From Planctomycetota bacterium (GTDB lineage: Bacteria; Planctomycetota; UBA1135; UBA2386), in assembly GCA_019636245.1 (NCBI GenBank), contig JAHBXX010000002.1:98586-162585 (forward strand): DNA of 64,000 nt, read 5' to 3'. The translations under genes and the position numbers were made by a program. The notes below the pieces were generated by a model. That model did no database searches. It was not told the origin of the DNA and was given only the letters and a program-made list of their open reading frames with translations. Positions 54,896 through 64,000 of this stretch are shown here, one piece after another (the stretch's first letter is position 1; each line of letters opens with the position of its first letter).

Positions 54896-56136
54896 GCCGC
54901 CTCCACCGCCAGGACGCCGGCCACGCAGGCCGTCATGCAGGTCGCGATCGCGCCGCAGAACATCGTGCGCAGGCCGAGCTTCGCCAGCTCCGACCGGCGC
55001 TCGGGCGCCATCGCCCCGAGGCCGCCGATCTGGATCGCCACGCTGCCCAGGTTGGCGAAGCCGCACAAGGCGAAACTGGCGATCAGCTGCAGCCGCGGCG
55101 ACACCGCGCCCGCCTGCATCAGTTCGCCGAGGCGGCTGTAGGCGATCAGCTCGGTGGCGACGATCTTGGTGCCGAGCAGCTCGGACAGGGTCGTGATCTC
55201 GGCGCCCGGCACGCCCATCACGGCGGCGACCGGCCAGAACACCACCGCCAGGATCGACTGCACGCTCAGCGATTCGTGGCAGAGGCCCAGCCCCGCGTTC
55301 AGCACCGCGACCAGGCCGAGGAACGCGATCAGCATCGCGCCGACGTTGAGCGCCAGCTTCAGGCCGTCGCCGGCGCCGCCGGCGGCGGCCTCGATGACGT
55401 TGCCGTAGCCGCCGCGCTCGATGCGTTCGACGCGGCCGAGCGTCTCGCTGCGCTCGGTCTCGGGCCACATCATCTTGCTGCAGACGAGCCCGGCCGGCAC
55501 CGCCATCACGCTGGCGACCATCAGGTGCCCGGCCGGCACGCCGAAGCCGACGTAGAGGGCGAACACGCCGCCGGCGATGGTCGCGAAGCCGCCGACCATG
55601 ATCGCGTGCAGTTCGCTGGTCGTCATCCGGGCGAGGAACGGCCGCACCAGCAGCGGCGCCTCGGTCTGGCCGACGAACACGTTGGCGCACGCCGACAGCG
55701 ACTCGCTGCCCGAGGTGCCGAGCACGCGCACCATCAGCCAGGCCATGCCGCGCACGACCCACTGCATCACCCCGAGGTGGTAGAGCACCGCCATGAAGCT
55801 GCTGAAGAAGATCAGCGTCGGCAGCACCATGAACGCGAAGATGAAGCCGCCGTACTTGTCGGGCAGCGCCTTGGCGACGATGTCCTGCTCGGCGAGCGCG
55901 TTGAACACGAACGCGCTGCCGCCCTTCGACAACTGCAGGAAGGCCTCCACCCCCCGGCCGCAGGCGCGCAGCGCCGCGTTGCCGGCCTCCCAGTAGAGGA
56001 AGGTGAAGCCGAGCAGCGCCTGCAGCAGGAGGCCCACCCCGACCAGGCGCCACGAGATCGCGCGGCGGTGCCGCGAGACGGCGTAGCAGATCGCCAGCAT
56101 CACGAAGATGCCGCCCAGCGAGACGAGGCGCAGCAT
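54892..56136 (-). CDS. nupC: NupC-family concentrative nucleoside transporter
   Basis: FVFNAL, GGFIFAFMVLPTLIFFS, VFVGQTEAPLLVRP, MVGGFATIAGG and FALCGFANLGSVAIQIGG are present. The start is ATG 56136, or alternatively ATG 56214. Confidence 0.88.
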   Translation of the reverse strand: MLRLVSLGGIFVMLAICYAVSRHRRAISWRLVGVGLLLQALLGFTFLYWEAGNAALRACGRGVEAFLQLSKGGSAFVFNALAEQDIVAKALPDKYGGFIFAFMVLPTLIFFSSFMAVLYHLGVMQWVVRGMAWLMVRVLGTSGSESLSACANVFVGQTEAPLLVRPFLARMTTSELHAIMVGGFATIAGGVFALYVGFGVPAGHLMVASVMAVPAGLVCSKMMWPETERSETLGRVERIERGGYGNVIEAAAGGAGDGLKLALNVGAMLIAFLGLVAVLNAGLGLCHESLSVQSILAVVFWPVAAVMGVPGAEITTLSELLGTKIVATELIAYSRLGELMQAGAVSPRLQLIASFALCGFANLGSVAIQIGGLGAMAPERRSELAKLGLRTMFCGAIATCMTACVAGVLAVEAA

Positions 56137-56244
56137 GGCGCGCGGGATGGTAGCCCTGCGGCGGCGCGAGGCCACCCTGTGGTCCTTGACGGTGGCCCGC
56201 AGGCCCTCGACCATGGCCGCACCTCGTCCCCTACCGGAGGCTCC

Positions 56245-57378
56245 ATGCCGATCTGCGCCGTCCGTTGCGTCGCTGCCGCGACCCTCGTCTCGTTGGGCTT
56301 CGTCGTCGCCGTGCCCGGCCAGGGCTGCAGCGCCGGCGGCACGTTCTGGAAGCGCGACAACCTGCCGGTGGTGCCCAGCGGCGCCACGGCGGCCGCCGTG
56401 GTGCGCGGCATGTGCGAGGGCGAGAGCGCCGGCGTCGTGTTCGAGATGCCCGCCGGCATGCCGCCGCAGAAGGTGCTGCAGGTGGTCGCGCCCTGGGGCG
56501 AAGCCTTCAGCGGCGTGCCGGGCTTCCAGGCGCTGCTCGACGTCGAGGTCTACGACGGCGTCGCGTTCAGCGGCAGCCTGCCGGTGATGCCGAGCCCGAC
56601 CTTCCGGCTGTCGAACACGGGCTCGTCGATGCAGGTGCAGACCCACGGCCTCAACACGCTCGACGTCAGCGGCTACGACATCGTCGTCGGTCTGGCGCCG
56701 GCGACCGGCACGCCGCCGGTGCGCCGCTTCGCCATCTGCTTCCGCATCGACCTGAACGCCCACCCGACCGGCAGCTGCGCCAGCGGCTATCCGGCCAACT
56801 TCTTCACCGACGCGCAGACGACGTTGTTCCCCTGTGCGACCCCGCCGCGCACCGCGCTGATGGAGATCCAGGGCCAGGGCTGGCGCGACGCTTCGCAGAC
56901 CACGGTCTCCGGCTTCCCGATCTGTCCTGCCTACTACAACGGCACGTGGGCGATCCGCTGCTGCACCCAGGACGCCTTCCCGGCCTACTACACGACCTTC
57001 GCGCCGGGCTGCCCGAGCACGTTGGGCGTCTCGAGCCTGGTGCCGGCGACGCTGCCGCGCATCGGCACGACGATGCTCGTGATCGTCGACAAGCTGCCAT
57101 ACAACATCGCGCTGATGCTGATGGGCTTCACCAGTTCGGCGCCGTATCCGCTCGACGTGACGCCGTTCGGCCTGCCCGGCTGCTTCCTGCGCGTGTCGAT
57201 GGAGTTCGACTACCTGCTGCTCGGCGGCGGCACCACCGCCGTGCATTCGCTGGCCCTGCCGTTCGACAACACGCTGCTGGGTCTGATCCTGCACCAGCAG
57301 GCGTTCGTGCTCGACCCGCCGCTGAACGCGTTCGGCGGCGCGCTGTCGAACGCCGCCACGCTGCAGATCGGCATCTGA
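56245..57378 (+). CDS. Secreted Cys-rich hypothetical protein
   Basis: GGAGG lies 5 nt upstream of ATG 56245. The signal-like N-terminus is MPICAVRCVAAATLVSLGFVVAVPGQG. About 14 Cys residues. The C-terminal ~125 aa share the pattern ..LP..G..PGC....QA..LD...N..GG.LSN.. with the 48742..50715 product. Confidence 0.65.
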   Translation: MPICAVRCVAAATLVSLGFVVAVPGQGCSAGGTFWKRDNLPVVPSGATAAAVVRGMCEGESAGVVFEMPAGMPPQKVLQVVAPWGEAFSGVPGFQALLDVEVYDGVAFSGSLPVMPSPTFRLSNTGSSMQVQTHGLNTLDVSGYDIVVGLAPATGTPPVRRFAICFRIDLNAHPTGSCASGYPANFFTDAQTTLFPCATPPRTALMEIQGQGWRDASQTTVSGFPICPAYYNGTWAIRCCTQDAFPAYYTTFAPGCPSTLGVSSLVPATLPRIGTTMLVIVDKLPYNIALMLMGFTSSAPYPLDVTPFGLPGCFLRVSMEFDYLLLGGGTTAVHSLALPFDNTLLGLILHQQAFVLDPPLNAFGGALSNAATLQIGI

Positions 57379-57381
57379 GCC

Positions 57382-58194
57382 GTGGCACCGGGCGCCGACG
57401 AGCCGGTCGTGGGCGCCGCCCGGCGCACGCTGGCGTCCGGCCGCGACGACCTGCTGGTCCGCGAGGAGCCGCTGCTGCTGGTCGTGCACGGGCAGCAGCT
57501 GCTGACCATGCGCACGCCGGGCCGCGACGAGGAGCTCGCGCTCGGCTTCCTGCTCGGCGAGGGCATCGTCGCCGCCGCGGCCGACGTCGCCGCGCTGCGC
57601 GCGGTGCCGGGCAACGCCGAGGCGCAGCGCGCCGACGAACTGCACGTCACCCTGCGCACCCCGCCCGACGCGCTGGGGCGGTCGCGGCTGGCGCGCACGC
57701 ACGAGATCCGCAGTTCGTGCGGCGTCTGCGGCCTCGCCGATCCGCACGCGATCCTCGCCGGCACGCCGCCGCTGCTGCCGGGCGTGCCGAAGGTCCGGGC
57801 CGCCCTGATCGGGGAACTGGTCGCGGTGCTGCGCGCGCGCCAGCCGCTGTTCGCCGCCACCGGCGGCTGCCACGGCGCGCTGCTCGCGACGGCCGAGGGC
57901 GCGGTGCTCGGCGCCGCCGAGGACGTCGGCCGCCACAACGCGCTCGACAAGGCGATCGGCCAGGCCGCCCGCGCCGGCGCCGACCTGCCGCACGCGATCG
58001 CCGTGCTGTCCGGCCGGGCCGGCTTCGACCTGGTGGTCAAGTGCCTGCGCGTGCGCATCCCGGTCGTGGTGTCGGTCTCGGCGCCGAGCGCGCTGGCGTT
58101 CGATCTGTGCGCGGCCGCCGGGGCGACGCTGGTCGGCTTCGCGCGCGGCGATCGCCACGCGGTCTACTGCGGCGGCGAACGGCTGCTGCCCTGA
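57382..58194 (+). CDS. fdhD: Formate dehydrogenase accessory sulfurtransferase FdhD
   Basis: REEPLLLVVHG, TMRTPGRDEELALGFLLGEGI, SSCGVCG, TGGCHGA, EDVGRHNALDK and SGRAGFDLVVK are present. The start is a GTG. Confidence 0.88.
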   Translation: MAPGADEPVVGAARRTLASGRDDLLVREEPLLLVVHGQQLLTMRTPGRDEELALGFLLGEGIVAAAADVAALRAVPGNAEAQRADELHVTLRTPPDALGRSRLARTHEIRSSCGVCGLADPHAILAGTPPLLPGVPKVRAALIGELVAVLRARQPLFAATGGCHGALLATAEGAVLGAAEDVGRHNALDKAIGQAARAGADLPHAIAVLSGRAGFDLVVKCLRVRIPVVVSVSAPSALAFDLCAAAGATLVGFARGDRHAVYCGGERLLP

Positions 58195-58297
58195 CGAAAG
58201 CACGCGGCGCGTTCGCGCCCGTCGACCCGCGACCGGCCCGCCCGGGCACGGTCCGGATCGGCGGCGGCCGCCGGCACGACGGCGGCGCCGGTGAGCC

Positions 58298-58864
58298 TCA
58301 GCGCGCCGGCTGGCGGCCCGCCTGCAGCGCGGCCGCGAGGTGCACGGCCAGCGTCGTCTCCAGGGCGTGCAGCGCCTTCGCCTGCGGCAGCAGGTTGTCG
58401 GCCGGGCGATCGAAGATGCAGGCGGTGACCGCGCCGCGCACGAACTCGACCAGCGCGCGGGCGCCTTCGCGGGCGATGCGCAGCTCGGGCCCGGTGCCGG
58501 CCAGCAGCGGCAGCCACTGCGTCGCCACCGCATGGCAGGTCGCCGCATCGACCTTGGCGCCGACCACGGCCAGCAACCACGAGCGCGCCGCCCGGCGGCG
58601 GCGGTTCAGCACCGAGACCTGGATCGGCTCGGCGCGGCCGCGCGCCCGGGCGCTGCGGTTCTGCCTCGCCACGGTGTGGTCGACCAGCGACCGCACCAAC
58701 GCCGGCAGGCTGGCGTCGGCGGCCGCCGCCAGGCGCACCGCCCCGGCGGGATCGATCGGGTTCTGGCGCAGCGGCAGGGCCGCCGGCGCGAGGAACAGGA
58801 ACGGACGAACCTCGCGCACCGCGGCGGGTGCGGCGTTCGCCTCGGAGACAGCCGGCTTCGTCAT
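58298..58864 (-). CDS. Hypothetical protein
   Basis: 188 codons with high GC3 and balanced composition. It is co-directional with pabC, 33 nt downstream. I recognise no family motif. Confidence 0.4.
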   Translation of the reverse strand: MTKPAVSEANAAPAAVREVRPFLFLAPAALPLRQNPIDPAGAVRLAAAADASLPALVRSLVDHTVARQNRSARARGRAEPIQVSVLNRRRRAARSWLLAVVGAKVDAATCHAVATQWLPLLAGTGPELRIAREGARALVEFVRGAVTACIFDRPADNLLPQAKALHALETTLAVHLAAALQAGRQPAR

Positions 58865-58897
58865 GCCGGCGCTATCGACGCCATGGCGCCGCCGACT

Positions 58898-59671
58898 TCA
58901 GTCGAGCGGCGGCTCGCGCCACAGCGGCAGCAGCTCGCTGTCGACGAAACCACCAGCCGGCGGCGACCCGCCGAGCAGCACGGCCGGCCGCGGTCCGTAG
59001 GCGGCGTTGCCGTGCGCCAGCGCCTCGGCCCGGTGCAGGTCGCCGAGGTCGACCGGGCGTTCGGCGACCGGCAGCCCGCGGCGGCGCGCGGCGGCCAGCA
59101 GGTGGGCACGGGCGAGGCCGGGCAGCACCCGGCCGTCCAGCGGCGGCGTCGTCCAGGTGCCGTCGAGGCGCAGCCACAGGTTGCCGACCGCGGTCTCGAG
59201 CAGCGCCCCGTCGGGCGCGACGACGATGCCGTCGTCGGCGCCGCCGTCCTGGGCCTGCTGCCGCACGGCGTCGTAGAACGGCCGCGGCCACAGCTTCAGG
59301 TCGCGCGGCGGCTCGCCCGCCACCGGCGCGACCACGGTCGGCAGCAGGCGCACGACCGAGGTCGGCGCCCGCGGCCGCGAGGCCAGCACGACGTGCACGA
59401 CCGGTCCCGCGGGCACCAGCGAGAGGCGCAGGATGCCGTCGTCGTGGCCGTTGCGCCGCAGCAGCTCCGCCGCGGCGGCCAGCAGCCGGGGCGAGCCGTC
59501 GAAGGCCAGCCCGAGCCGGGCCGCCGCCGCGGCGAGCCGCCGCAGGTGCTGCCGCCACAGCCGCAGTTCGCCGCGCTCGGCGCCGAGGGTCTCGAACGGG
59601 CCGGGTGCGGCCGCGGTCGCCTGCGGTGCAGCGCCGGCGGCGACGAAGGCGCCATCCACCCAGGCGGTCAC
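58898..59671 (-). CDS. pabC: Aminodeoxychorismate lyase / class IV aminotransferase-fold protein
   Basis: FETLG, GILRLSL, NLWLRLDG.W.TPPLDGRVLPGLAR and the fold-type IV layout are present. GTG 59671 overlaps the pabB TGA (GTGA). Confidence 0.72.
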   Translation of the reverse strand: MTAWVDGAFVAAGAAPQATAAAPGPFETLGAERGELRLWRQHLRRLAAAAARLGLAFDGSPRLLAAAAELLRRNGHDDGILRLSLVPAGPVVHVVLASRPRAPTSVVRLLPTVVAPVAGEPPRDLKLWPRPFYDAVRQQAQDGGADDGIVVAPDGALLETAVGNLWLRLDGTWTTPPLDGRVLPGLARAHLLAAARRRGLPVAERPVDLGDLHRAEALAHGNAAYGPRPAVLLGGSPPAGGFVDSELLPLWREPPLD

Positions 59672-60879
59672 GGCCCCGCCTCCGGCGCCGGCGCGATGCG
59701 GACCTGCAGCGCGCGCTCCAGCCCGGCCATCTTCGCCAGCGACTCGCGCCACTCGGCGTGCGGGTCGCTGAGCGCGGTGACGCCGCCGCCGGCATTGGCG
59801 CGCAGACGGCCGTCGCGGTGCACCAGCGTGCGGATGGCGACGTTCAGGTGCAGGGCGGGGCCCGGGCCGAACCAGCCGATCGCCCCGGTGTAGACGCCGC
59901 GGCGCGTCCACTCGAGCTCGTCCAGCAGTTCGAGGCAGCGCAGCTTCGGACAACCGGTCACCGAGCCGCCGGGGAACGTCGCGCGCAGCAGGTCGACGGT
60001 CGCGACGTGCGGCCGCAGCCGGGCGGTCACCGTGGCGAACAGGTGGTGCACCTGCGCGAACGAGGCGCGTTCGGGGAACGCACCGACCCGCACGCTGCCG
60101 ACCGCGGCGACCTTGCCGAGGTCGTTGCGCAACAGGTCGACGATCATCGCCAGTTCGGCCTGGTCCTTCTCGCTGCGCAGCAGCTCGGCCAGCAGCCGCG
60201 CGTCGCAGGCCGGATCCGCGCCGCGGGGCCGCGTGCCCTTGATCGGCCGCGTGCGCACGGCGTCGCCCTGCCGCCACAGGAACTCCTCCGGCGAGCTGCT
60301 GAGCACGGCGGTGCCCACGCCGTCCTCGACGTAGGCGGCGAACGGCGCCGGGCTCTCGGCGCACAGCCGCCAGAACAGCGCCCGCGGGTCGCCGCGCCAC
60401 GCGGCGGTGAACGGCTGGGTCAGGTTGGCCTGGAACACGTCCCCGGCCCGGATGTGCTCGATGACCGCGGCGACCCGGCGTTCGTAGTCGGCCTGCGTCG
60501 CGTGCGCGCGCAGCCCTGTCGCCGGCGCGACGGCCGGCGCCGGCGGCACGCCGCCGGACGCGAACTCCTGCACGCGGGCGAACGCAGCGGCGTGCAGCAC
60601 CGGCACGGGGAAGTCGTCGCCGAGCCGCCGCGGCCAGGCCTCGACGTCGAGGCCGAGGTCGTAGCCGAGCCAGCCGACGACGCGCCGGTCGGCGTGCCGG
60701 CGCAGGAAGGCATCGAGCGCGGCGAAGGCGCCCTGCCAGGCCCCCGCGGGCAGGGTCAGCGCGTCGACGGGCTCGGTGCACAGCCACGCCGGACCGGCGC
60801 CGCAGCTGTGCAGCAGCGCCACGGGGCCCGCGCGCGGCGCGGCCAGCAGCGCCTCGAACGGCTCGGCGCCGGCGGCCAC
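59668..60879 (-). CDS. pabB: Aminodeoxychorismate synthase component I (chorismate-binding enzyme, short form)
   Basis: IRAGDVFQANLTQPF, SSSPEEFL, RTRPIKGTRPRG, EKDQAELAMIVDLLRNDLG, FPGGSVTGCPK, RGVYTGAIGW and GGGVTALSDP are present. The start is a GTG. Confidence 0.85.
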   Translation of the reverse strand: MAAGAEPFEALLAAPRAGPVALLHSCGAGPAWLCTEPVDALTLPAGAWQGAFAALDAFLRRHADRRVVGWLGYDLGLDVEAWPRRLGDDFPVPVLHAAAFARVQEFASGGVPPAPAVAPATGLRAHATQADYERRVAAVIEHIRAGDVFQANLTQPFTAAWRGDPRALFWRLCAESPAPFAAYVEDGVGTAVLSSSPEEFLWRQGDAVRTRPIKGTRPRGADPACDARLLAELLRSEKDQAELAMIVDLLRNDLGKVAAVGSVRVGAFPERASFAQVHHLFATVTARLRPHVATVDLLRATFPGGSVTGCPKLRCLELLDELEWTRRGVYTGAIGWFGPGPALHLNVAIRTLVHRDGRLRANAGGGVTALSDPHAEWRESLAKMAGLERALQVRIAPAPEAGP

Positions 60880-60883
60880 GGCC

Positions 60884-61684
60884 TCAGCCGCGCAGCCAGG
60901 ACGGCTTGCGCTTCTCGAGGAACGCCGCCATGCCTTCCTTCATCTCGGCGGTGCTGCTGATCAGGCCGAACAGGTCGGCCTCGAGCAAGAGGCCCTCGGC
61001 CAGCGGCAGCTGGGTGCCGCGGCGCACGGCCTGCTTCGCCAGCGCCACCGCGATCGGCCCGCGCGACACCATGCGCCTCGCCACGGCCTTGCAGTGGTCG
61101 AGCAGTTCGCCGGGCTCGCAGACGCCGTTGACGAGGCCGATGCGCTCGGCCTCGTCGGCGGTCACCGGGTCGCCGGTCAGGATCAGCTGCAGGGCGCGGC
61201 CCGCGCCGCACAGGCGCGGCAGCCGCTGCGTGCCGCCGTAGCCCGGGATGATGCCGAGCGACACCTCGGGCAGGCCCATCTTCGCCGCCTTGCTGGCGAA
61301 GCGCAGGTCGCACGCCAGCGCCAGCTCGAGGCCGCCGCCGAACGCGTAGCCGTTGATCGCGGCGATCACCGGCTTGCCGAGCTGCTCGATGCGCAGAGTC
61401 AGGGCCTGGCCGCGGCGCGCGTTGTCCTTGCCGTCGAGCACGCCCTGCTTCGCCAGCACGCCGATGTCGGCGCCGGCCACGAACGCCTTGTCGCCGGCGC
61501 CGGTCAGGATCACGGCGCCGATGCCCGCGTCGGCGTCGAGCGCGGAGAACAGGCAGTCGAGTTCGCCGATCGTCGCGTCGTCGAGCGCGTTCAACTTGCT
61601 GGGGCGGTCGACGCGCACGATCGCCAGGGCGCCATCGCGCTCGAGCCGCACGTTCTGCAGCGCCCGCGGGTCGAAGTCCGCCAT
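60884..61684 (-). CDS. Enoyl-CoA hydratase/isomerase (crotonase) family protein
   Basis: ALAIVRVDRPSKLNAL, VILTGAGDKAFVAGADI, AAINGYAFGGGLELALACD, MGLPEVSLGIIPGYGGTQRL and EGMAAFLEKRKP are present. Confidence 0.9.
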   Translation of the reverse strand: MADFDPRALQNVRLERDGALAIVRVDRPSKLNALDDATIGELDCLFSALDADAGIGAVILTGAGDKAFVAGADIGVLAKQGVLDGKDNARRGQALTLRIEQLGKPVIAAINGYAFGGGLELALACDLRFASKAAKMGLPEVSLGIIPGYGGTQRLPRLCGAGRALQLILTGDPVTADEAERIGLVNGVCEPGELLDHCKAVARRMVSRGPIAVALAKQAVRRGTQLPLAEGLLLEADLFGLISSTAEMKEGMAAFLEKRKPSWLRG

Positions 61685-61686
61685 CG

Positions 61687-62274
61687 TCACGCCTCCGCCT
61701 CGCCGGCCGCCGCGTCGTCCCCGCCCGCGCCCTGGTCCTCGCGCTGCTGCCGCGGCCGCAGCTCGATGTGCCGGATCTCGATGCGCTGCCTGGGCGCCGA
61801 GCGCTCGCCCATCGGCCCGAAGTCGCAGTCGACGCCGGCGATCTCGTCGAGCACGTCGAGGCCCTCCTCGACCTTGCCGAACACCGTGTATTGGCCGTCG
61901 AGGAAGTCGACGTGCGCCCCGTGCACGATGAAGAACTGCGAGCCGGCCGAGTTCGGATCGCGCGTGCGCGCCATCGACAGGGTGCCGCGCACATGCGGCA
62001 GGTCGCTGAATTCCGCCGGCAGCGTGTAGCCCGGGCCGCCGGTGCCCGGCTGGCCGCCGGCGCCGCGCTTGCTGTGCGGGCAACCGGTCTGGACCATGAA
62101 GTTGCGCACGATGCGGTGGAAGGCGATGCCGTCGTAGAACCCCTGCTGGGCGAGGTTCAGGAAGCTGCGCACGTGCTGGGGCGCCTGCTCGGGGAAGAAC
62201 GTGACGACCAGCGTGCCCTTGTCGGTGACGAGGGCGGCTTCGATCGTCGCGGGGTCGGTCTGGTCGAGGTCCAT
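61687..62274 (-). CDS. Cyclophilin-type peptidyl-prolyl cis-trans isomerase (cytoplasmic)
   Basis: FYDGIAFHRIVRNFMVQTG, GTLSMARTRDPNSAGSQFFI and YTVFGKV are present, with an acidic C-terminal tail. Confidence 0.9.
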   Translation of the reverse strand: MDLDQTDPATIEAALVTDKGTLVVTFFPEQAPQHVRSFLNLAQQGFYDGIAFHRIVRNFMVQTGCPHSKRGAGGQPGTGGPGYTLPAEFSDLPHVRGTLSMARTRDPNSAGSQFFIVHGAHVDFLDGQYTVFGKVEEGLDVLDEIAGVDCDFGPMGERSAPRQRIEIRHIELRPRQQREDQGAGGDDAAAGEAEA

Positions 62275-62368
62275 CGGCCGGGATCCTGCCGCAAAGGCGC
62301 GCCGACTGCGAGGGCACGCACCAGCTTCCTGGCCGGAACGGCGCCGTGCCCCCCCGCCGCCAGCCGCC

Positions 62369-63313
62369 CTACTTCTTCGCCGGCAGGATCACCGTGCCCA
62401 GCAGCACCACCGGCTGCACCGGCGTGCTGTTCTGGGGTCCGCCGCAGCGCACGCCCGCGATCGCGTCGAGCACGTCGGCGCCCTTCTCGAGGTTGCCGAA
62501 CGCCGTGTACTGGTTGTCGAGGTGGGCCGAGTCCTTGTGCACGAGGAAGAACTGCGAGCCGGCCGAGTTCGGATCCGAGCTGCGCGCCATCGACAGCGTG
62601 CCGCGCACGTGGCGCAGGTCGTTGAACTCGGCATCGACCGTCCAGCCCGGGCCGCCCTGCCCCCAGGTCTCGGGCTTGCTGTCGTCCTTCGTGTTCGGGT
62701 CGCCGCCCTGGATCATGAAGTTGCGGATCACGCGGTGGAACTTGGTGCCGTCGTAGAAGCCCTGCTTGCACAGCTTCAGGAAGTTCTCGACGTGCCGCGG
62801 CGCCTTGTCGGGCCGGAACGACAGCGTCATCTCGCCGTAGTTGGTCAGCAGCACCACCTGCGTCCTGGCGAGGTCGAGCACGGCGAGGTCGATCTTGCTG
62901 GCGTCGGGCGCGATCCGCACCACGCAGTTCACCCCGGCCATGCCCTCCCAGGCGATCGCCGCCGCGGTCACGGCGTTGGCATCGGTGTTCGGCGCCACCC
63001 GCGCGCAGGGCAGCGCCAGCCGGCGCTCGATGCGGGTGCCGGCGGCGAGCGCGACCGGGCCGCCCTTGCCCGCCTCGACGATCTTCGGTCCCGCCTGCTC
63101 GCCGACGGTGACCTGCAGCCGCAGGCCGGTCAGCAGTTCGGCGGGCACATCGACGTCGGCGCTGGCGTCGAGCACCAGCACCAGGTCGATCGTGGTGCCG
63201 GCGGCGACCATGCCGCGCACCGGGCTCAGGGTGGCGCGCAGGCCGGGGATCTCCTGCGCGAGGCCGGCGACGGCGAGGACGAGAACGGACAGCGAGGACA
63301 ACAGGCGGCGCAT
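62369..63313 (-). CDS. Secreted cyclophilin-type PPIase with ~150-aa N-terminal extra domain
   Basis: The signal peptide is MRRLLSSLSVLVLAVAGLAQ. The cyclophilin core shows FYDGTKFHRVIRNFMIQGGDP, GTLSMARSSDPNSAGSQFFL and YTAFGNL. The start is set at ATG 63313. Confidence 0.88.
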   Translation of the reverse strand: MRRLLSSLSVLVLAVAGLAQEIPGLRATLSPVRGMVAAGTTIDLVLVLDASADVDVPAELLTGLRLQVTVGEQAGPKIVEAGKGGPVALAAGTRIERRLALPCARVAPNTDANAVTAAAIAWEGMAGVNCVVRIAPDASKIDLAVLDLARTQVVLLTNYGEMTLSFRPDKAPRHVENFLKLCKQGFYDGTKFHRVIRNFMIQGGDPNTKDDSKPETWGQGGPGWTVDAEFNDLRHVRGTLSMARSSDPNSAGSQFFLVHKDSAHLDNQYTAFGNLEKGADVLDAIAGVRCGGPQNSTPVQPVVLLGTVILPAKK

Positions 63314-63380
63314 GCTCGGTGGATCGGAGGAGGGAAAGCGCCACGTCATACCGCGGCCGCCCGACGCCCGGAAGCGCCGG

Positions 63381-63833
63381 TCACGGCTCGGGCACCGCGG
63401 CCGGCCGGCGCCGCCAGGCGAGCAGTTCGCCGACGAGTCCCATGCGGCACGCCTCGAGCCGCAGGTCGGGTCCGAACCACAGCATGCAGCCGGGCAGGTC
63501 GATGCCGTCGAGGTCGAAGCTCAGGCTGCCGCGCACCTCGTCCGAGGGCGACGACAGCTCGACGCCGAAGCCGCGCTGCGCGCGCCAGACCCACAGCAGC
63601 GCCATGCCGGCCGACAGGTCGGGCCCGACCCGGTACTCGAACACCCGGTGCGGCGCGCCGAGCGCGGCCAGGCAGCCGCCGAGGTCGTCCTGGCCTGGCT
63701 GCAGCTGTTCGAGGCGCGCCGCCGGGATCGGCTCGTCGAACGTGGCGCGGGCGTACTCACCGGAGATGCACCCGGCGAGCGCCAGCGCCAGGGCGCCAGC
63801 CGCCGTCGCCGGCGCGGCCCGGCGGCGGCTCAC
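63381..63833 (-). CDS. Small lipoprotein, unknown function
   Basis: GTG 63833 overlaps the upstream TGA (GTGA). AAGALALALAGCISGE is a lipobox. 150 aa. Confidence 0.5.
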   Translation of the reverse strand: MSRRRAAPATAAGALALALAGCISGEYARATFDEPIPAARLEQLQPGQDDLGGCLAALGAPHRVFEYRVGPDLSAGMALLWVWRAQRGFGVELSSPSDEVRGSLSFDLDGIDLPGCMLWFGPDLRLEACRMGLVGELLAWRRRPAAVPEP

Positions 63834-64000
63834 GGCACGAGCCCGGGCCGTTCGGCATCGCGCGCCGCGTTGTCGGCGTCCTCGTGCACGTCCTCCCACG
63901 GCAGCGCGTACTGCGTGCGGTGCGTGCCGAACCACGCGCCGGCATGGGTCAGCACGTCGCGCTCGTCGAAGAACACCCACAACCGGTCGCTGCGCGTGTC
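63830..64000 (-). CDS. C-terminal fragment of an unidentified protein (gene starts beyond window end)
   Basis: The minus frame is open from 64000 to TGA 63830-63832: DTRSDRLWVFFDERDVLTHAGAWFGTHRTQYALPWEDVHEDADNAARDAERPGLVP. Composition is protein-like and GC3 is high. It is absent from the ORF track because it has no in-window start. Confidence 0.45.
   Translation of the reverse strand, partial: DTRSDRLWVFFDERDVLTHAGAWFGTHRTQYALPWEDVHEDADNAARDAERPGLVP

Noticed and set aside
54892-58548. 1218-codon minus-strand ORF, and other over-long track ORFs (7991-9160, 14453-15361, 14929-16029, 17802-19526, 19624-22743, 21405-23909, 25913-29392, 31287-34766, 34809-39938, 39038-42187, 40243-43644, 46528-48633)
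   Set aside because: Only the 3' portion of each encodes a recognisable protein. The 5' extensions are Arg/Pro-rich and overlap the real upstream gene in another frame. I trimmed each to the first start codon that restores a sensible N-terminus (signal peptide, motif spacing, or a 4-nt stop/start overlap).

Overview
Very GC-rich, gene-dense bacterial chromosomal segment; third codon positions are almost always G or C. I call about 57 protein-coding genes, roughly three quarters on the minus strand. Many are joined by 4-nt GTGA or ATGA stop/start overlaps. I found no rRNA, tRNA, CRISPR array, transposase, integrase or prophage genes. All calls rest on reading the six-frame translations for family motifs; no database search was possible, and start codons are my best guesses because the ORF track also uses GTG and TTG starts and over-extends many ORFs. 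Content in order: (1) TPR fragment, ExbB, two ExbD and a TPR/STN/secretin lipoprotein. (2) HAD hydrolase. (3) A three-gene module of a BY-kinase-like P-loop ATPase, a coiled-coil protein and a MamK-family actin. (4) hutU, folE, an AhpD/CMD-like gene with an in-frame TGA at the redox Cys position, and hutH. (5) apaG, tpx, an orphan FixJ/LuxR response regulator and a Trx-TPR protein. (6) A tightly overlapped run ubiE/menG, CPBP protease, ubiX-like, ubiA-like, holA, mutL. (7) A 997-aa surface lipoprotein preceded by a 104/105-bp tandem repeat. (8) An NHEJ locus: LigD-like PE/dead-ligase/Pol protein, MerR-TPR, stand-alone ligase, Ku, DUF72. (9) A glycogen cluster: GT3-GT35 synthase-phosphorylase fusion, GH57, debranching enzyme, glgC. 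(10) An operon of ATP-grasp enzyme, esterase, five-haem cytochrome c and SGNH hydrolase. (11) Secreted beta-propeller protein, then an S51-like peptidase with a second esterase, GNAT, PNP, NupC. (12) Cys-rich secreted protein, fdhD, pabB/pabC, enoyl-CoA hydratase, two cyclophilins and small lipoproteins. The best candidates for something new are the MamK-actin module, the candidate CxxU selenoprotein, the LigD with an inactivated ligase domain, the ExbBD-secretin cluster and the ATP-grasp/esterase/cytochrome/SGNH operon.
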